Counted from the stretch's first letter, positions 8,925 through 20,177 are shown. The stretch: 64,000 nt of DNA from Gammaproteobacteria bacterium (GCA_003331625.1 QOPF01000002.1:1482-65481), one strand, 5' to 3'. Notes: generated by a model not told the origin, from the sequence alone. Made by a program: numbers and translations.

Positions 8925-9448
8925 TTATTTTCCTCCTTCAAACCTGACTTAAATCTTTTTGCATTTTGAACATAATGCTCAGCAGATGCTTTTAAAATTA
9001 ACATTAAATTTTTATCTACTTCTTTTTTTACTTTTCCTGGAGACCCCATCACCAATGAATTATCTGGAATAATAGTTCCCTCTGTTAACAAAGTATTTGC
9101 TCCAATTAAACAGTTTCTTCCAATTTCAACATTATTTAAAATTACTGAATTTATGCCAATTAGCGTGTTGTCTCCTATTTTACATCCGTGCAACATGACT
9201 TTATGGCCAACAGTAACATTCTCACCAATATTTATTGGGGATCCTGGATCAACATGTAGAACAGATAAGTCTTGGATATTTGATCCTTTTCCAATATAAA
9301 TTTTTTCTACATCTCCTCTTATGACAGCACCAAACCATACACTTACATCTTCAGCAAGTTCAACCTGACCCAATACGGTTGCATTTGGAGCAACATAAAA
9401 ACTTTCACCATAAGTCTTTACGCTATGCTTTTCGAAAGTATAAATCAT
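8921..9448 (-). CDS. gamma-carbonic-anhydrase-like / left-handed beta-helix (hexapeptide repeat) protein
   Basis: Hexapeptide repeats run throughout ([37 protein letters not shown]). The N-terminus is YrdA/PaaY-like. Confidence 0.8.
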   Translation of the reverse strand: MIYTFEKHSVKTYGESFYVAPNATVLGQVELAEDVSVWFGAVIRGDVEKIYIGKGSNIQDLSVLHVDPGSPINIGENVTVGHKVMLHGCKIGDNTLIGINSVILNNVEIGRNCLIGANTLLTEGTIIPDNSLVMGSPGKVKKEVDKNLMLILKASAEHYVQNAKRFKSGLKEENK

Positions 9449-10010
9449 CTATTTCAATATCTATTTCTATTATCTTAAGAAATTGTAATGTAAAACCTAA
9501 GGTTAATCCCCAAATTTTATGACTATCATAATTTAGTACTGGGGTTTCAAATGTTTCCCCTGAGGCATTAGTAACTTTGTTAGTAATGCTTGGTTTATCC
9601 TTAAGATAATTTAAAGGAACAAAAAAAATTGTATCTACTTCTTTCGTCTCTTTTATAAATTCTAAATTTCCTGGCGCATATCCTATAAAGGGAGAAACAC
9701 TCAAGCCGAACCTAGACTCCTTTGTGTCCATTCTTCCTAATATATTGATTTGTTTTGGATTTATTCCTATTTCTTCTTGTGTCTCTCTCAGAGCAGTTTC
9801 AATTAAGTCTTCATCTTCAGCTTCTCTTTTTCCGCCAGGAAAAGATACTTCGCCTGCGTGAGAAGGTAATGATTTAGATCTTTCAGTAAAAACTATTGAT
9901 AAACCATTTTTATTTTCAATCAACAAAATTAATATAGCTGCTTGAGGTAAATTTTCATTGGGTAAATCAAAAACTAAATTTTTTAATTTTTTTTCTAACT
10001 TGGAGATCAT
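9423..10010 (-). CDS. NUDIX hydrolase, CoA pyrophosphatase-like (NudL type)
   Basis: The Nudix box is [25 protein letters not shown], preceded by [10 protein letters not shown], which is typical of CoA pyrophosphatases. Confidence 0.75.
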   Translation of the reverse strand: MISKLEKKLKNLVFDLPNENLPQAAILILLIENKNGLSIVFTERSKSLPSHAGEVSFPGGKREAEDEDLIETALRETQEEIGINPKQINILGRMDTKESRFGLSVSPFIGYAPGNLEFIKETKEVDTIFFVPLNYLKDKPSITNKVTNASGETFETPVLNYDSHKIWGLTLGFTLQFLKIIEIDIEIDDLYFRKA

Positions 10011-10067
10011 TATGTTAATAAAAGGTTATGAATTATACTGATTTACTTTATTAAATAAGGAAATAAT

Positions 10068-10604
10068 TTGAATTTTTGTAGTCAATGCGGAAACTCCGTA
10101 TCTAAAAAGATTCCCGAAGGCGATAATCGAGAAAGATTTGTATGTGACGATTGTGGATTCATACATTATCAAAATCCAAATGCTGTTGTGGGAACACTAC
10201 CTTACTGTGGAGATAAGATTCTTCTCTGCAAAAGAGGTATAGAGCCTAGAAAAGGATTGTGGACTCTTCCAGCGGGTTTTTTAGAAATGGGCGAAACTCT
10301 ACAAGATGGTGCCCTAAGAGAAACTAAAGAAGAAACAAATTCAATTGTGAAAATAGATAAAATGTATTTTATGTTTGATATTCCACAAATTGGGCAATTC
10401 TATGCATTGTACAAAGCTTCAATTGAAGAAAATTCTTATTCTCCAACATCAGAAAGTCTTGAAGTAAAATTATTTTCTTACGATGATATCCCTTGGGAAG
10501 AACTGGCCTTTCCCTTTGTCCCTATTGCTTTAGAGTTTTTTTATAAAGATTTAGAAGATGGTTATTTTCCTTTAAGAATAAGAGAGCTGGTAAAAAAATC
10601 TTAA
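10068..10604 (+). CDS. NUDIX hydrolase with N-terminal zinc ribbon
   Basis: It has CSQCG..(17)..CDDCG followed by Nudix box GFLEMGETLQDGALRETKEETN. The start is TTG, with AAGGA 6 nt upstream. Confidence 0.8.
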   Translation: MNFCSQCGNSVSKKIPEGDNRERFVCDDCGFIHYQNPNAVVGTLPYCGDKILLCKRGIEPRKGLWTLPAGFLEMGETLQDGALRETKEETNSIVKIDKMYFMFDIPQIGQFYALYKASIEENSYSPTSESLEVKLFSYDDIPWEELAFPFVPIALEFFYKDLEDGYFPLRIRELVKKS

Positions 10605-13600
10605 ATGTAAAACTCTCTGGCGTTAAGAAATAACTTAAACCAAGGACTGTATTTTTCTTTTTTATCTGTCCAAGACAACTGGCTGTTTAAAAAGCTTCTC
10701 TCTGGATGCGGCATCATTATTAAAAATCTTCCATCAAGATTGGTTACAGCAGTTGTTCCTAGAAATGATCCATTTGGATTTTCAGGAAATGATTTTGCGA
10801 CAATTCCTGAATTTGTAGAAAACTGCATTGGGATTAAGTTATTTGAAATGTATTTCTTTAAATTTTTATTATCAGAAAAAACCATTTTACCTTCTCCATG
10901 ATTTACAGGAACTAGTAATTGAGAGCCTTCCATCCCTTTAAAAAAAGGAGAATTAGATTTGTTAATCTTTACTTGGACTAATCTAGCTTCAAATCTATCA
11001 CTTACATTTTTTTCTAATTTAGGCCAATGATTTGCTCCTGGAATAATATCTTTTAATTCAGCCATTACTTGGCAACCATTACAAATACCCAATGCGAAAG
11101 TATCTTCTCTATTGAAAAAGTTAGAAAATTGACTTAAGAGGTTTGAGTTAGATTTAATAGATTGTGCCCAGCCTCTTCCTGCGCCAAGAACGTCTCCATA
11201 TGAAAATCCACCTGGAAAGGCTATTCCTTGAAAGTTTTTTAGACTAGAAAAGCCATTAATTAGATCTCTCATGTGAAGATCAATTACTTTAAATCCTGCA
11301 TGAGAAAATGCAGCTGCCATTTCAACATTAGAATTTACCCCTTGATCTCTCATTATCCCAATAGTGGGTAAAAGTTTTTTAAAGCTTTTTTTAAAGTTAA
11401 TATTTGATACTTGTTTAAGCCTAGAGCGCTTTCTATTAAGTAAATATGTATGCTCTTCTGTAGTTGTTTTTTTATTGTCTCTAAGCAACTTTATATTTAG
11501 GGATACACTCGACCAAGAATGCATAAGTTTTTTAAAGGTAAGCTTTATTTCTTGTTTTTTAGTTTTAAGCTTAAATAGATCAGAGTCGTTTGTAATACCA
11601 ATTTTAAATAATGAATTGCTAAAGCCCAATTTGTTTATTTTATTTTTGAAATCAAAAAAATCTTGTTTTTTTATTTGAAATAAAACACCTAATTCTTCAG
11701 AAAATAACGATTGTTCTTTTTCCAGGGATCTTATTCTAGATATATCCAGACTCAAGCCACATCCTCCTGCAAACATCATTTCAATTGCAGTTGTTACTAG
11801 GCCTCCATCAGAGACATCATGAAAAGAAAATATATTTTTTTTATTGATTTGATTTGCAAGATAATCATAAATCATTGGAAATTTATCTTCGCACTCTAAA
11901 TTAGGTGTTTCAGTTAAGTTTTGTTGAGTCACTTCAGAAAAAATTGAGCCTCCTAATCGTTTCTTTTTGTCTGCAAGATCTAAATAAACTAAAACTAAGT
12001 TTTTATCATTAATGAGCTGAGGTGTTATGCTCTTTTTAACATTACCAATTTTCGAAAATGCACTAATAATTAAACTTTGTGGAGATAAATTAGTTTTTTT
12101 ATCTTTTTGCCAAATTGTTTTCATAGACAAAGAATCCTTGCCAACAGGAATAGTTATTTTCCAGGGCTTGCATAATGATTGGGTCAATTCTTTGACGGTT
12201 AAAAATAAATCTGTTTTTCTTTCATTATTATCAGGAGAGGCCATCCAATTTGCAGATATCTTTATATCAGATAGTTTTTTAACTCCAGATGAAAGAAGAT
12301 TCAAAGAAGCCTCCGCAAGAGCTAATTTTCCAGCAGCTACTGGATTACTTATCGCGATAGGTGATTTTTCGCCCATTGCCATTGCTTCTCCGGAGAGCGA
12401 ATCAAAGTTTGATAAAGTTATAGCGTTGTCAGAAACTGGAATTTGATGAGGACCCACAAACTGATCTCTATAAGTTAATCCACCTACACTCCTGTCACCA
12501 ATATTTATCAAGAAACTTTTTGAGCCAACTGTAGGATGTCTTAAAACATCTAAAATAGTTTTTTTTAAATTAACAGATTTTGAGGCATTTCTTTTTGTTA
12601 CTTTCTTAGAAGAAGTAATCTTATGAATATTTTTTTCTTTGTACCCAAAGATGTCTTTCATAGAAAGATTGATAGGATATTTTTTTGTCTTACTATCTTT
12701 AAGTTTAAATGTTTTTTTAGAAGTTAAATATCCAACTATTTCATATGGACATTTTTCTCTTTTACAAAACTCTTCAAATTCTTTTGTTGAATTTTTTTCA
12801 ATAGCTAAAACGTACCTTTCTTGAGATTCATTAGACCAAATTTGTAAAGCTGATAAAGATTTGTCAGCTAATGGAATTTTTCTTAAATCAATCTCTGCGC
12901 CAAGACCGCAATCATTCGCTAACTCTGGTATTGCATTTGAAAGGCCTCCTGCTCCAACATCATGAATGAATAAAATAGGATTATTGCTTTCCTTCAAAGA
13001 GCATAGATTAATAACTTCTTGGCATCTTTTTTGCATTTCAGGATTTGATCGTTGAACAGAAGCAAAATCTAAAGATTCATCAGATGCCCCCGATTGAACA
13101 GATGAAGCAGATCCTCCTCCCAAACCAATAAGGTAACTAGGCCCTCCTAAAACAACTATTTTGGTTCCTGGAGGAACTTTCTTTTTATAGGTATTTTTAT
13201 GGCTAATACTGCCTAATCCCCCAGCAATCATAATTGGCTTATGAAAACCAAAATGAGTTTCGCTATTTTTTTGCTCAAAAGATCTAAAATATCCATTTAA
13301 ATTAGGCCTCCCAAATTCGTTATTAAAAGATGCTGATCCTAAAGGTCCATCTATCATAATTTTCTGCGGCGATGAAATTCTTTTGGGTCTATCTTCTTTA
13401 AACTCCCATTTCTCCTGTAAATTTTTAAGTCTTAAATAAGATACAGAAAAGCCCGTTAAGCCAGCTTTTGGCTGAGCTCCTATTCCAGTAGCTCCTTCAT
13501 CTCTGATCTCTCCACCCGCGCCAGTCGCAGCTCCTTCGAATGGAGATACTGCCGTAGGATGATTGTGAGTTTCAACTTTAATACAAATATTATGTTTTGA

Positions 13601-14455
13601 TTTTTTTGTCTTATATTCTTTTTTTGTTGAATCTAAAAAAAATTTTTCTGAAGCATCTGACTCTATTACTGCTGCATTATCATCGTAAGCTACTAGCACA
13701 CCTTCTTTGTGAGCATGATGAGTAGATTTAATTTGTTTAAATAAGCTTGGTTGACTAATTTTATTTTCATCCTCCCATGATGAATTAAAAAATTTATGTC
13801 TGCAGTGTTCAGAATTTGCTTGTGAGAACATCATCAACTCTACATCTGTTGGATTTCTACCTAGTCTTTTATAACTATTAATTAAGTATTCTATTTCTGA
13901 ACTATTTAACCCAAATCCATAGATTTTGTTAGCTTTGACATAGCTATCGAAGCTATTATTGATTTGTTTAAAAGAGAAAGATTCCTTACTAGACTTAGAA
14001 AAGAAAGTCTTAAGAGAATTAGTGCCGTGTGAAATTTGTTCTGTCAGCTTATCAAAAGGAAATATATCTTGCTTTAAAAAATCTTCAGAGAAGTTTTTCA
14101 TTCTAAATCCTTTTATCTTTTCTATTCTAAGAACTTCTTTAAAGCCACAAGATAAAAATATATCTTCCGTCTTAGATGACCATGAAGATTGTGAATTATT
14201 TCGAGGCGTCAAAAAAATAGTTTTTTTTGATATATTATTTTTATCTAATTCTGCTTGAGTATTTAACAATTCATATAATTTTATTTTCTTTTTTTGAGAA
14301 ATTTTTTCCCAGGGTTTACTAAGTAATAGCAAGTAATAGAAATTTAGAAAAAAATCTTTAGAAGTTTTTTTTTGAATCTTTTTAAGATTTTCAGAATCTA
14401 ATATTGATTCGCCAGAGATAATAACTGAATTAGAATTTAAAGAAATAATCGGCAT
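10601..14455 (-). CDS. purL: phosphoribosylformylglycinamidine synthase, single-chain large form
   Basis: About 1285 aa. It has HNHPTAVSPFEGAATGAGGEIRDE and a C-terminal GATase with GICNGCQ and MMPHPERS. I chose the ATG at 14455. The track start at 14479 is a TTG 8 codons upstream, so the start is uncertain. Confidence 0.93.
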   Translation of the reverse strand: MPIISLNSNSVIISGESILDSENLKKIQKKTSKDFFLNFYYLLLLSKPWEKISQKKKIKLYELLNTQAELDKNNISKKTIFLTPRNNSQSSWSSKTEDIFLSCGFKEVLRIEKIKGFRMKNFSEDFLKQDIFPFDKLTEQISHGTNSLKTFFSKSSKESFSFKQINNSFDSYVKANKIYGFGLNSSEIEYLINSYKRLGRNPTDVELMMFSQANSEHCRHKFFNSSWEDENKISQPSLFKQIKSTHHAHKEGVLVAYDDNAAVIESDASEKFFLDSTKKEYKTKKSKHNICIKVETHNHPTAVSPFEGAATGAGGEIRDEGATGIGAQPKAGLTGFSVSYLRLKNLQEKWEFKEDRPKRISSPQKIMIDGPLGSASFNNEFGRPNLNGYFRSFEQKNSETHFGFHKPIMIAGGLGSISHKNTYKKKVPPGTKIVVLGGPSYLIGLGGGSASSVQSGASDESLDFASVQRSNPEMQKRCQEVINLCSLKESNNPILFIHDVGAGGLSNAIPELANDCGLGAEIDLRKIPLADKSLSALQIWSNESQERYVLAIEKNSTKEFEEFCKREKCPYEIVGYLTSKKTFKLKDSKTKKYPINLSMKDIFGYKEKNIHKITSSKKVTKRNASKSVNLKKTILDVLRHPTVGSKSFLINIGDRSVGGLTYRDQFVGPHQIPVSDNAITLSNFDSLSGEAMAMGEKSPIAISNPVAAGKLALAEASLNLLSSGVKKLSDIKISANWMASPDNNERKTDLFLTVKELTQSLCKPWKITIPVGKDSLSMKTIWQKDKKTNLSPQSLIISAFSKIGNVKKSITPQLINDKNLVLVYLDLADKKKRLGGSIFSEVTQQNLTETPNLECEDKFPMIYDYLANQINKKNIFSFHDVSDGGLVTTAIEMMFAGGCGLSLDISRIRSLEKEQSLFSEELGVLFQIKKQDFFDFKNKINKLGFSNSLFKIGITNDSDLFKLKTKKQEIKLTFKKLMHSWSSVSLNIKLLRDNKKTTTEEHTYLLNRKRSRLKQVSNINFKKSFKKLLPTIGIMRDQGVNSNVEMAAAFSHAGFKVIDLHMRDLINGFSSLKNFQGIAFPGGFSYGDVLGAGRGWAQSIKSNSNLLSQFSNFFNREDTFALGICNGCQVMAELKDIIPGANHWPKLEKNVSDRFEARLVQVKINKSNSPFFKGMEGSQLLVPVNHGEGKMVFSDNKNLKKYISNNLIPMQFSTNSGIVAKSFPENPNGSFLGTTAVTNLDGRFLIMMPHPERSFLNSQLSWTDKKEKYSPWFKLFLNAREFYI

Positions 14456-14496
14456 CGAATAATGGAAATTATACCTCAATTCAATTTAAAAAAATT

Positions 14497-16494
14497 TTAA
14501 CTAAGGAGTAATTTTTCTTTAAGCTTAGAAATCTTATCTCTTAATGAAGCAGCTTCTTCGAACTCTAGCCTATTAGCATGACTCAACATGAGCTTTTCTA
14601 ATTCGTCAATTTTTTTAGATAAGTCTTTTGGATTAAGAAAATCTTCTTCCAATTTATCTTCAACTGTTTTAATAAATTGTTTTTTTGATGAAAATTTTGT
14701 TCCTTCCATAATATCCTTTATGGGCTTAACTATTCCTTGAGGTTTTATTTTATTTTTTTCATTGAATTTTTTTTGAATTTTTCTTCTTCTATTTGTTTCT
14801 TCAAGAGTTTTTTGAATAGACCCAGTTACTTTGTCAGCATATAAAATTGCATGACCCTCTTCGTGTCTTGCTGCCCTTCCGATAGTTTGAATCATACTTG
14901 TTTGAGATCTAAGAAAGCCTTCTTTGTCAGCATCGAGTATAGCTACAAGGGAAACCTCCGGTAGATCTAGCCCTTCTCTTAAAAGATTTATTCCCACCAG
15001 AACGTCAAAATTTCCAAGTCTAAGCTCTCTTAGTATTTCTATCCTCTCGACAGTATCAATATCGGAATGTAAATATCTAACGTTTATATCCCTTTCAAAT
15101 AAGTACTGACTGAGATCTTCAGCCATTCTCTTGGTTAAAACAGTGACTAAAACTCTTTCTTTTTTGTTTATTTTTTTATGAATTTCAGAGATTAAGTCGT
15201 CTACTTGATTTGTAGCCGGTCTAATTTCTATTGTAGGATCTAATAATCCTGTAGGTCTAGAAATCATCTCTACTAACTGATCCAAATGATTATCTTCGTA
15301 TTCTCCAGGTGTTGCTGATACAAAAACTTTTTGCCCTGACATTGATTCCCACTCATCAAACCTCAAAGGACGATTATCTAAAGCGCTTGGTAATCTAAAG
15401 CCATAATCAGCTAGTGTTTCTTTTCTAGATCTGTCACCTCTGTACATTCCTTTTATTTGAGGAAGAGACACATGTGATTCGTCGACAAATACAATCGCAT
15501 CCTCCGGTAAATAATCATAAAGAGTAGGAGGAGCATCTCCTTCATTCCTTCCAGATAAATATCTTGAATAATTTTCTATTCCTGAACAATAACCCAGTTC
15601 CTTAATCATTTCTAAATCAAATTTTGTTCGTTCCTCTATTCTTTGAGCTTCTATAAATTTTTCATTTTTTTTAAAGTACTTGACTCTGTCCCTCATTTCC
15701 ACTCTAATTTTTTTCATTGCTGAAAGCATAATATCCCTTGAAGTTACATAATGAGTTTTAGGAAAAATAGTTGCTCTTGGTACTTCTCTAAAAATCTCTC
15801 CAGTTAACGGATCAAAGTATTTAAGGGATTCAATTTCATTATCAAATAACTCAACTCGCAAAGCCTCTTTTTCAGATTCAGCAGGAAAAATGTCTACTAC
15901 ATCGCCTTTTACTCTATAGGTCGCTCTTTTAAATTCTAGGTCATTTCTTGTGTATTGGAGTTCCGCCAATCTAAGTAATAAATCTCGCAAGTCAATCTCA
16001 TCTCCTCTATCTAAATGTAAAACCATTTTCAAATATGATTTCGGATCACCTAATCCATAAATTGCCGAAACTGTAGCAACAATTATCACGTCACTTCTTT
16101 CCAAAACTGCTTTGGTTGCTGACAATCTCATCTGTTCGATATGTTCATTAATAGAAGCGTCTTTTTCGATAAAAACATCAGATGAAGGAACATATGCTTC
16201 AGGCTGATAATAATCATAATAGGAAACAAAATACTCAACAGCATTGTCTGGAAAAAACTCTTTGAACTCTCCATATAATTGAGCAGCAAGAGTTTTATTA
16301 TGAGACATTATAATTGCAGGTCTTTGAAGAGTTTCTATGACGTTAGCCATAGCAAAAGTTTTTCCAGAACCTGTTACTCCTTTCAAAGTTTGATTCAATA
16401 ATCCTGACTCCAAACCTTTTACAATTTTTTTTATAGCTTGTGGCTGATCTCCCGAGGGACCAAATTGAGATTTTATTTGAAATGATTTGCTCAT
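14497..16494 (-). CDS. uvrB: excinuclease ABC subunit B
   Basis: It has Walker [10 protein letters not shown], a DESH box, helicase motifs, and the C-terminal UVR domain [12 protein letters not shown]. Confidence 0.97.
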   Translation of the reverse strand: MSKSFQIKSQFGPSGDQPQAIKKIVKGLESGLLNQTLKGVTGSGKTFAMANVIETLQRPAIIMSHNKTLAAQLYGEFKEFFPDNAVEYFVSYYDYYQPEAYVPSSDVFIEKDASINEHIEQMRLSATKAVLERSDVIIVATVSAIYGLGDPKSYLKMVLHLDRGDEIDLRDLLLRLAELQYTRNDLEFKRATYRVKGDVVDIFPAESEKEALRVELFDNEIESLKYFDPLTGEIFREVPRATIFPKTHYVTSRDIMLSAMKKIRVEMRDRVKYFKKNEKFIEAQRIEERTKFDLEMIKELGYCSGIENYSRYLSGRNEGDAPPTLYDYLPEDAIVFVDESHVSLPQIKGMYRGDRSRKETLADYGFRLPSALDNRPLRFDEWESMSGQKVFVSATPGEYEDNHLDQLVEMISRPTGLLDPTIEIRPATNQVDDLISEIHKKINKKERVLVTVLTKRMAEDLSQYLFERDINVRYLHSDIDTVERIEILRELRLGNFDVLVGINLLREGLDLPEVSLVAILDADKEGFLRSQTSMIQTIGRAARHEEGHAILYADKVTGSIQKTLEETNRRRKIQKKFNEKNKIKPQGIVKPIKDIMEGTKFSSKKQFIKTVEDKLEEDFLNPKDLSKKIDELEKLMLSHANRLEFEEAASLRDKISKLKEKLLLS

Positions 16495-16511
16495 TATTTA
16501 CATTTTTTGCT

Positions 16512-16517
16512 TATAAT
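16512..16517 (+). promoter_or_regulatory. candidate -10 hexamer (TATAAT) for tRNA-Asn
   Basis: A perfect TATAAT lies 11 nt upstream of the mature tRNA 5' end. The -35 region would lie inside the uvrB 5' coding sequence. TATAAT is frequent by chance in DNA this AT-rich. Confidence 0.3.
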
Positions 16518-16528
16518 ACATTCCTTTT

Positions 16529-16604
<76 letters not shown>

Positions 16605-16611
16605 AAATATA

Positions 16612-17328
16612 ATGCCTATTTATTCTAGCGAATCATCTGAATCTTACAAACTTAGTAGGTCTAGGATAGAAAACTTTTGTAAATGTAAAAAGTGTTTTTA
16701 CTTAGAAGAAAAAATGGGGATATCACGTCCTGCTCAATTTCCTTTTAATCTTAATAATGCTGTTGATGAGTTATTAAAGAACGAATTTGATACCTATAGA
16801 GGTACTGAACAGAATCATCCGATAATTCTGGAGTATGGCATTGACGCTAAACCCTTTAAACATCCAGACATAGAAGACTGGAGAACAAGAAATAAGGGAA
16901 TTGGTTTTCTAGATAATGATACGAATTTATATTTTTATGGATTAGTCGATGATGTATGGATAAGTACAATAAATGAAAAATTAATAATTGTAGATTACAA
17001 AGCAACTTCAAAAAAAGGTGAAGTTTCTCTTAATGCGCCTTGGCAAATAAGTTACAAAAGACAAGTAGAAATTTATCAGTGGTTATTTAGAAAAAATGGA
17101 TTTGATGTAGAGGATATTGCATATTTTGTTTATTGCAATGGAAGGTCAGATAAAGATGAATTCAATAACATCCTTGAATTTAAAACAAAAATAATAAGTT
17201 ACAAAGGTGATTCCGATTGGATTGACCCAATTACAAGAGAAATCAAAAAAACTTTAGATAGTGATAATATTCCATTATCTGATCCAAATTGTGAATATTG
17301 TAGGTATATAACTAAGGCAAATTTATAA
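16612..17328 (+). CDS. PD-(D/E)XK nuclease superfamily protein, Cas4/RecB-like with Cys cluster
   Basis: N-terminal Cys residues lie in FCKCKKCFY. The D..(D/E)xK core is LVDDV...IVDYKATSKK. A QxxxY-type motif is present (RQVEIYQWLF). C-terminal Cys residues occur in YCNG and CEYCRY. This resembles the 1+3 Cys Fe-S arrangement of the Cas4/AddB nuclease domain. Confidence 0.6.
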   Translation: MPIYSSESSESYKLSRSRIENFCKCKKCFYLEEKMGISRPAQFPFNLNNAVDELLKNEFDTYRGTEQNHPIILEYGIDAKPFKHPDIEDWRTRNKGIGFLDNDTNLYFYGLVDDVWISTINEKLIIVDYKATSKKGEVSLNAPWQISYKRQVEIYQWLFRKNGFDVEDIAYFVYCNGRSDKDEFNNILEFKTKIISYKGDSDWIDPITREIKKTLDSDNIPLSDPNCEYCRYITKANL

Positions 17329-17334
17329 ATAAAA

Positions 17335-18276
17335 ATGGAATTATTTTACGCTTCATTAATTTTTGTATTTGGTTTGATAGTCCTGATTGCTGGAGCTGAA
17401 ATTTTTATTCATTACAGTTCTAAACTTGGATCTAAGCTCGGTATAAGCGATGTCGTTATAGGAATAACTCTTATAGCGTTAGGAACTTCGATTCCTGAAA
17501 TTTTTGTAAGCATTTCGTCTGTTCTTAATGATGCTCCCGCAATAGCTTTAGGAAACTCGATAGGATCCAATATAAGTAATATTGCTTTAATTTATGGATT
17601 AAGTTTGTTCTGGTTAGCAAGTGTTACTTTACAAATAAGCTTAAGAAATATCTTTATTCTTATTCTGAGCGTTCTTATAGCTGGATGGTCTCTCTATGAC
17701 CTTACTATTACTCGCAGTGATGCAATTGTTTTTATAGCTTTATTTGTTTTATTTGTCTTAAATCTTTTAAGAGAAAAACCTGAAGAAACTTTAGAAAAAA
17801 ACCATCAAACAGAGTCATTGTTTAAGGTTTCTTCATTGATTGTATCAAGTTTATTTTTTCTAGGCTTAGGTTCGGAATTAACTGTTAAAGGAGGAATTGA
17901 TTTAGCCATAAACTTAGGAATCCCAGATGCAGTTATTGGTTTGACTATGGTTGCAATAGGAACAAGCCTTCCGGAATTGGCAGCATCAGTTTCTGCATTA
18001 AGAAGGAAAAAAGGGAATATGGTCGTTGGAAATATTGTCGGATCCAATATTCTTAATATTGTACTAATATTTCCTATTATAGGAATTGGTTCTAAAGCAG
18101 TTTTTGACCAAGTGATTTTCACTCGTGATTTTATGGTGATGAGTGCACTGACTGCTATTTTTATTCTTCTAATAACAATTGGAAAACGAGAGGGAAATCT
18201 AAAAAAATTCTTATATCCTTTAATTGGATCAGGAATGTTTGTAGTTTTAGGATTTTATTTAGTGAGTTTATTTTAA
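17335..18276 (+). CDS. Ca2+/Na+ antiporter (CaCA family, YrbG-like)
   Basis: It is a polytopic membrane protein with two alpha-repeats, GTSIPEIFVS and GTSLPELAAS, each followed by GNxxGSNIxN. Confidence 0.85.
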   Translation: MELFYASLIFVFGLIVLIAGAEIFIHYSSKLGSKLGISDVVIGITLIALGTSIPEIFVSISSVLNDAPAIALGNSIGSNISNIALIYGLSLFWLASVTLQISLRNIFILILSVLIAGWSLYDLTITRSDAIVFIALFVLFVLNLLREKPEETLEKNHQTESLFKVSSLIVSSLFFLGLGSELTVKGGIDLAINLGIPDAVIGLTMVAIGTSLPELAASVSALRRKKGNMVVGNIVGSNILNIVLIFPIIGIGSKAVFDQVIFTRDFMVMSALTAIFILLITIGKREGNLKKFLYPLIGSGMFVVLGFYLVSLF

Positions 18277-18279
18277 AAA

Positions 18280-19644
18280 CTAAGAAATTTTCTTCCAAAT
18301 AGTCTTTCCATCTAGATCTTCTAAAAGAATCCCTTTTTCAAGCAGGTCATCTCTAATTTTATCTGCTAGTTTAAAATTTTTATTCTTCCTTGCTTCTGCT
18401 CTTTCGTTAATAAAATTTTCAATTTCATCAACTAAAAAATCTATAGATCCATATTTAAAATAATTGTTCGGATGATCTTCTAATAAACCAAGAGAATTCA
18501 AAATCATTTTAAGGTTAGATAATTTCTCAATATTAATTTCTCCTTTTTGGTTAATGCTTTGAGCATAATTCTGAATTAATTGAATTGCCTTAGGAGTATT
18601 AAAATCATCCTCCATGCTTGAAAAAAAATTATCTATAAAGGTTTTATCTTTTGAAAATCTATCGATAACTTTTTCATTTTCAAATAAATTATAAAGTTTA
18701 TCTAAAATTATTTTAGCCTTTCTTAAACCTTCTTCAGAATATGAGATTGGGCTTCTGTAATGAGTAAGCAAAAAAAATAATCTTAATACTTCGGGATGAA
18801 AATTTTTAAGAACATCTTTGACTGTCAAAAAATTTTTTAAGGACTTAGACATTTTTTTTTCAAAAATTCTTAGTGGGCCAGTATGCATCCAGTAAGAAGC
18901 AAAATTTTTATTAGTTGCACATCTTGACTGAGCAATTTCATTTTCGTGATGGGGAAATTTTAAGTCTAATCCGCCGCCATGAATATCAAACTCTTCTCCT
19001 AAATACTTCATACTCATTGCAGAACACTCAATGTGCCAGCCCGGTCTTCCTTGTCCCCATGGAGAAGGCCAAGTTATGCCTAATGTATCTTTTTTCCATA
19101 AGACAAAGTCAGCTTCATGATTTTTATTTAAATCTATATCAATTCTCTCAGCTGACTCAATTTGATTTAAAGTTCTATTTGATAATTTTCCATATTCTTT
19201 AAACTTTATTACATCAAAATATACATCTGAATCTTCTTTTGAATAGGCATATCCTTTGTTTTCTAAAGTCTTAATCATTTCAATAATTTCATTAATATGA
19301 TCAGAAACTTTAGGCTCTTTGTTAGGTCTCATCATTCCAAGAGAATCGAAATCTTTATGCATCTCATTAATATATTTTCTTGATAAATCTAAAGCAGAGA
19401 TTTTAGCTTCTCGAGCTGCTTCTATAATCTTGTCATCTATGTCGGTTATATTTCTAATGTAATTTACTTCCCATCCTGCAAACCTAAGAAATTTAATAAT
19501 TGCATCAAAGTTAATAAACGTTCTCGCATGCCCAATATGTATATCGTCATATACAGTCATGCCGCATACATAAAGGTCTATCTTTTTGTGAACTCTTGGT
19601 ATAAAAGTTTCTTTCTTTTTTGTTAAAGAATTAAATATTTTCAT
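18280..19644 (-). CDS. cysS: cysteine--tRNA ligase
   Basis: It has class I motifs HIGHARTF and KMSKS, plus a WPSPWGQGRPGWHIEC zinc-site block. Confidence 0.96.
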   Translation of the reverse strand: MKIFNSLTKKKETFIPRVHKKIDLYVCGMTVYDDIHIGHARTFINFDAIIKFLRFAGWEVNYIRNITDIDDKIIEAAREAKISALDLSRKYINEMHKDFDSLGMMRPNKEPKVSDHINEIIEMIKTLENKGYAYSKEDSDVYFDVIKFKEYGKLSNRTLNQIESAERIDIDLNKNHEADFVLWKKDTLGITWPSPWGQGRPGWHIECSAMSMKYLGEEFDIHGGGLDLKFPHHENEIAQSRCATNKNFASYWMHTGPLRIFEKKMSKSLKNFLTVKDVLKNFHPEVLRLFFLLTHYRSPISYSEEGLRKAKIILDKLYNLFENEKVIDRFSKDKTFIDNFFSSMEDDFNTPKAIQLIQNYAQSINQKGEINIEKLSNLKMILNSLGLLEDHPNNYFKYGSIDFLVDEIENFINERAEARKNKNFKLADKIRDDLLEKGILLEDLDGKTIWKKIS

Positions 19645-19682
19645 TTTTAACTACGACTAGATAAAGGTATGATGATTTTATT

Positions 19683-20177
19683 ATGAATGAAATTATTATT
19701 TTGACCATTACTACTTCCTTGGGCAGCTTCGATATTGAACTTTACCAAAAAGAAGCGCCCATAACAGCTAACAATTTTGTTGAATACGTTGAACAAAATT
19801 TTTATGAAAATACTTTATTCCATAGAGTAATACCTGGATTCGTAATCCAAGGTGGAGGTTTTGAGATTGGAATGTCTCCAAAAGAAACAAATCCAGCTAT
19901 AAAAAACGAAGCCGACAATGGATTGAAGAATGATAAGTACACTCTATCAATGGCAAGAACTCAAGATTTAGATTCTGCTACGTCTCAATTTTTTATTAAT
20001 CTTTCCGATAATAAGTCTTTAGATTATCCATCTATGGGTGGATATGCTGTATTCGGCAAAGTTATTTCTGGAGAAGAAGTTATTGATCAAATAGCTGCCG
20101 TCAAGACAACAAATGTAGGTCCCTACCAGGACGTTCCCATTGAAGACGTATACATAATAAAAGCAGAAAAAAAATAA
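19683..20177 (+). CDS. ppiB: peptidyl-prolyl cis-trans isomerase, cytoplasmic cyclophilin type
   Basis: It has FHRVIPGFVIQGGG and SMARTQDLDSATSQFFIN and no signal peptide. The cysS/ppiB-lpxH neighbourhood is the same as in Pseudomonas. Confidence 0.9.
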   Translation: MNEIIILTITTSLGSFDIELYQKEAPITANNFVEYVEQNFYENTLFHRVIPGFVIQGGGFEIGMSPKETNPAIKNEADNGLKNDKYTLSMARTQDLDSATSQFFINLSDNKSLDYPSMGGYAVFGKVISGEEVIDQIAAVKTTNVGPYQDVPIEDVYIIKAEKK

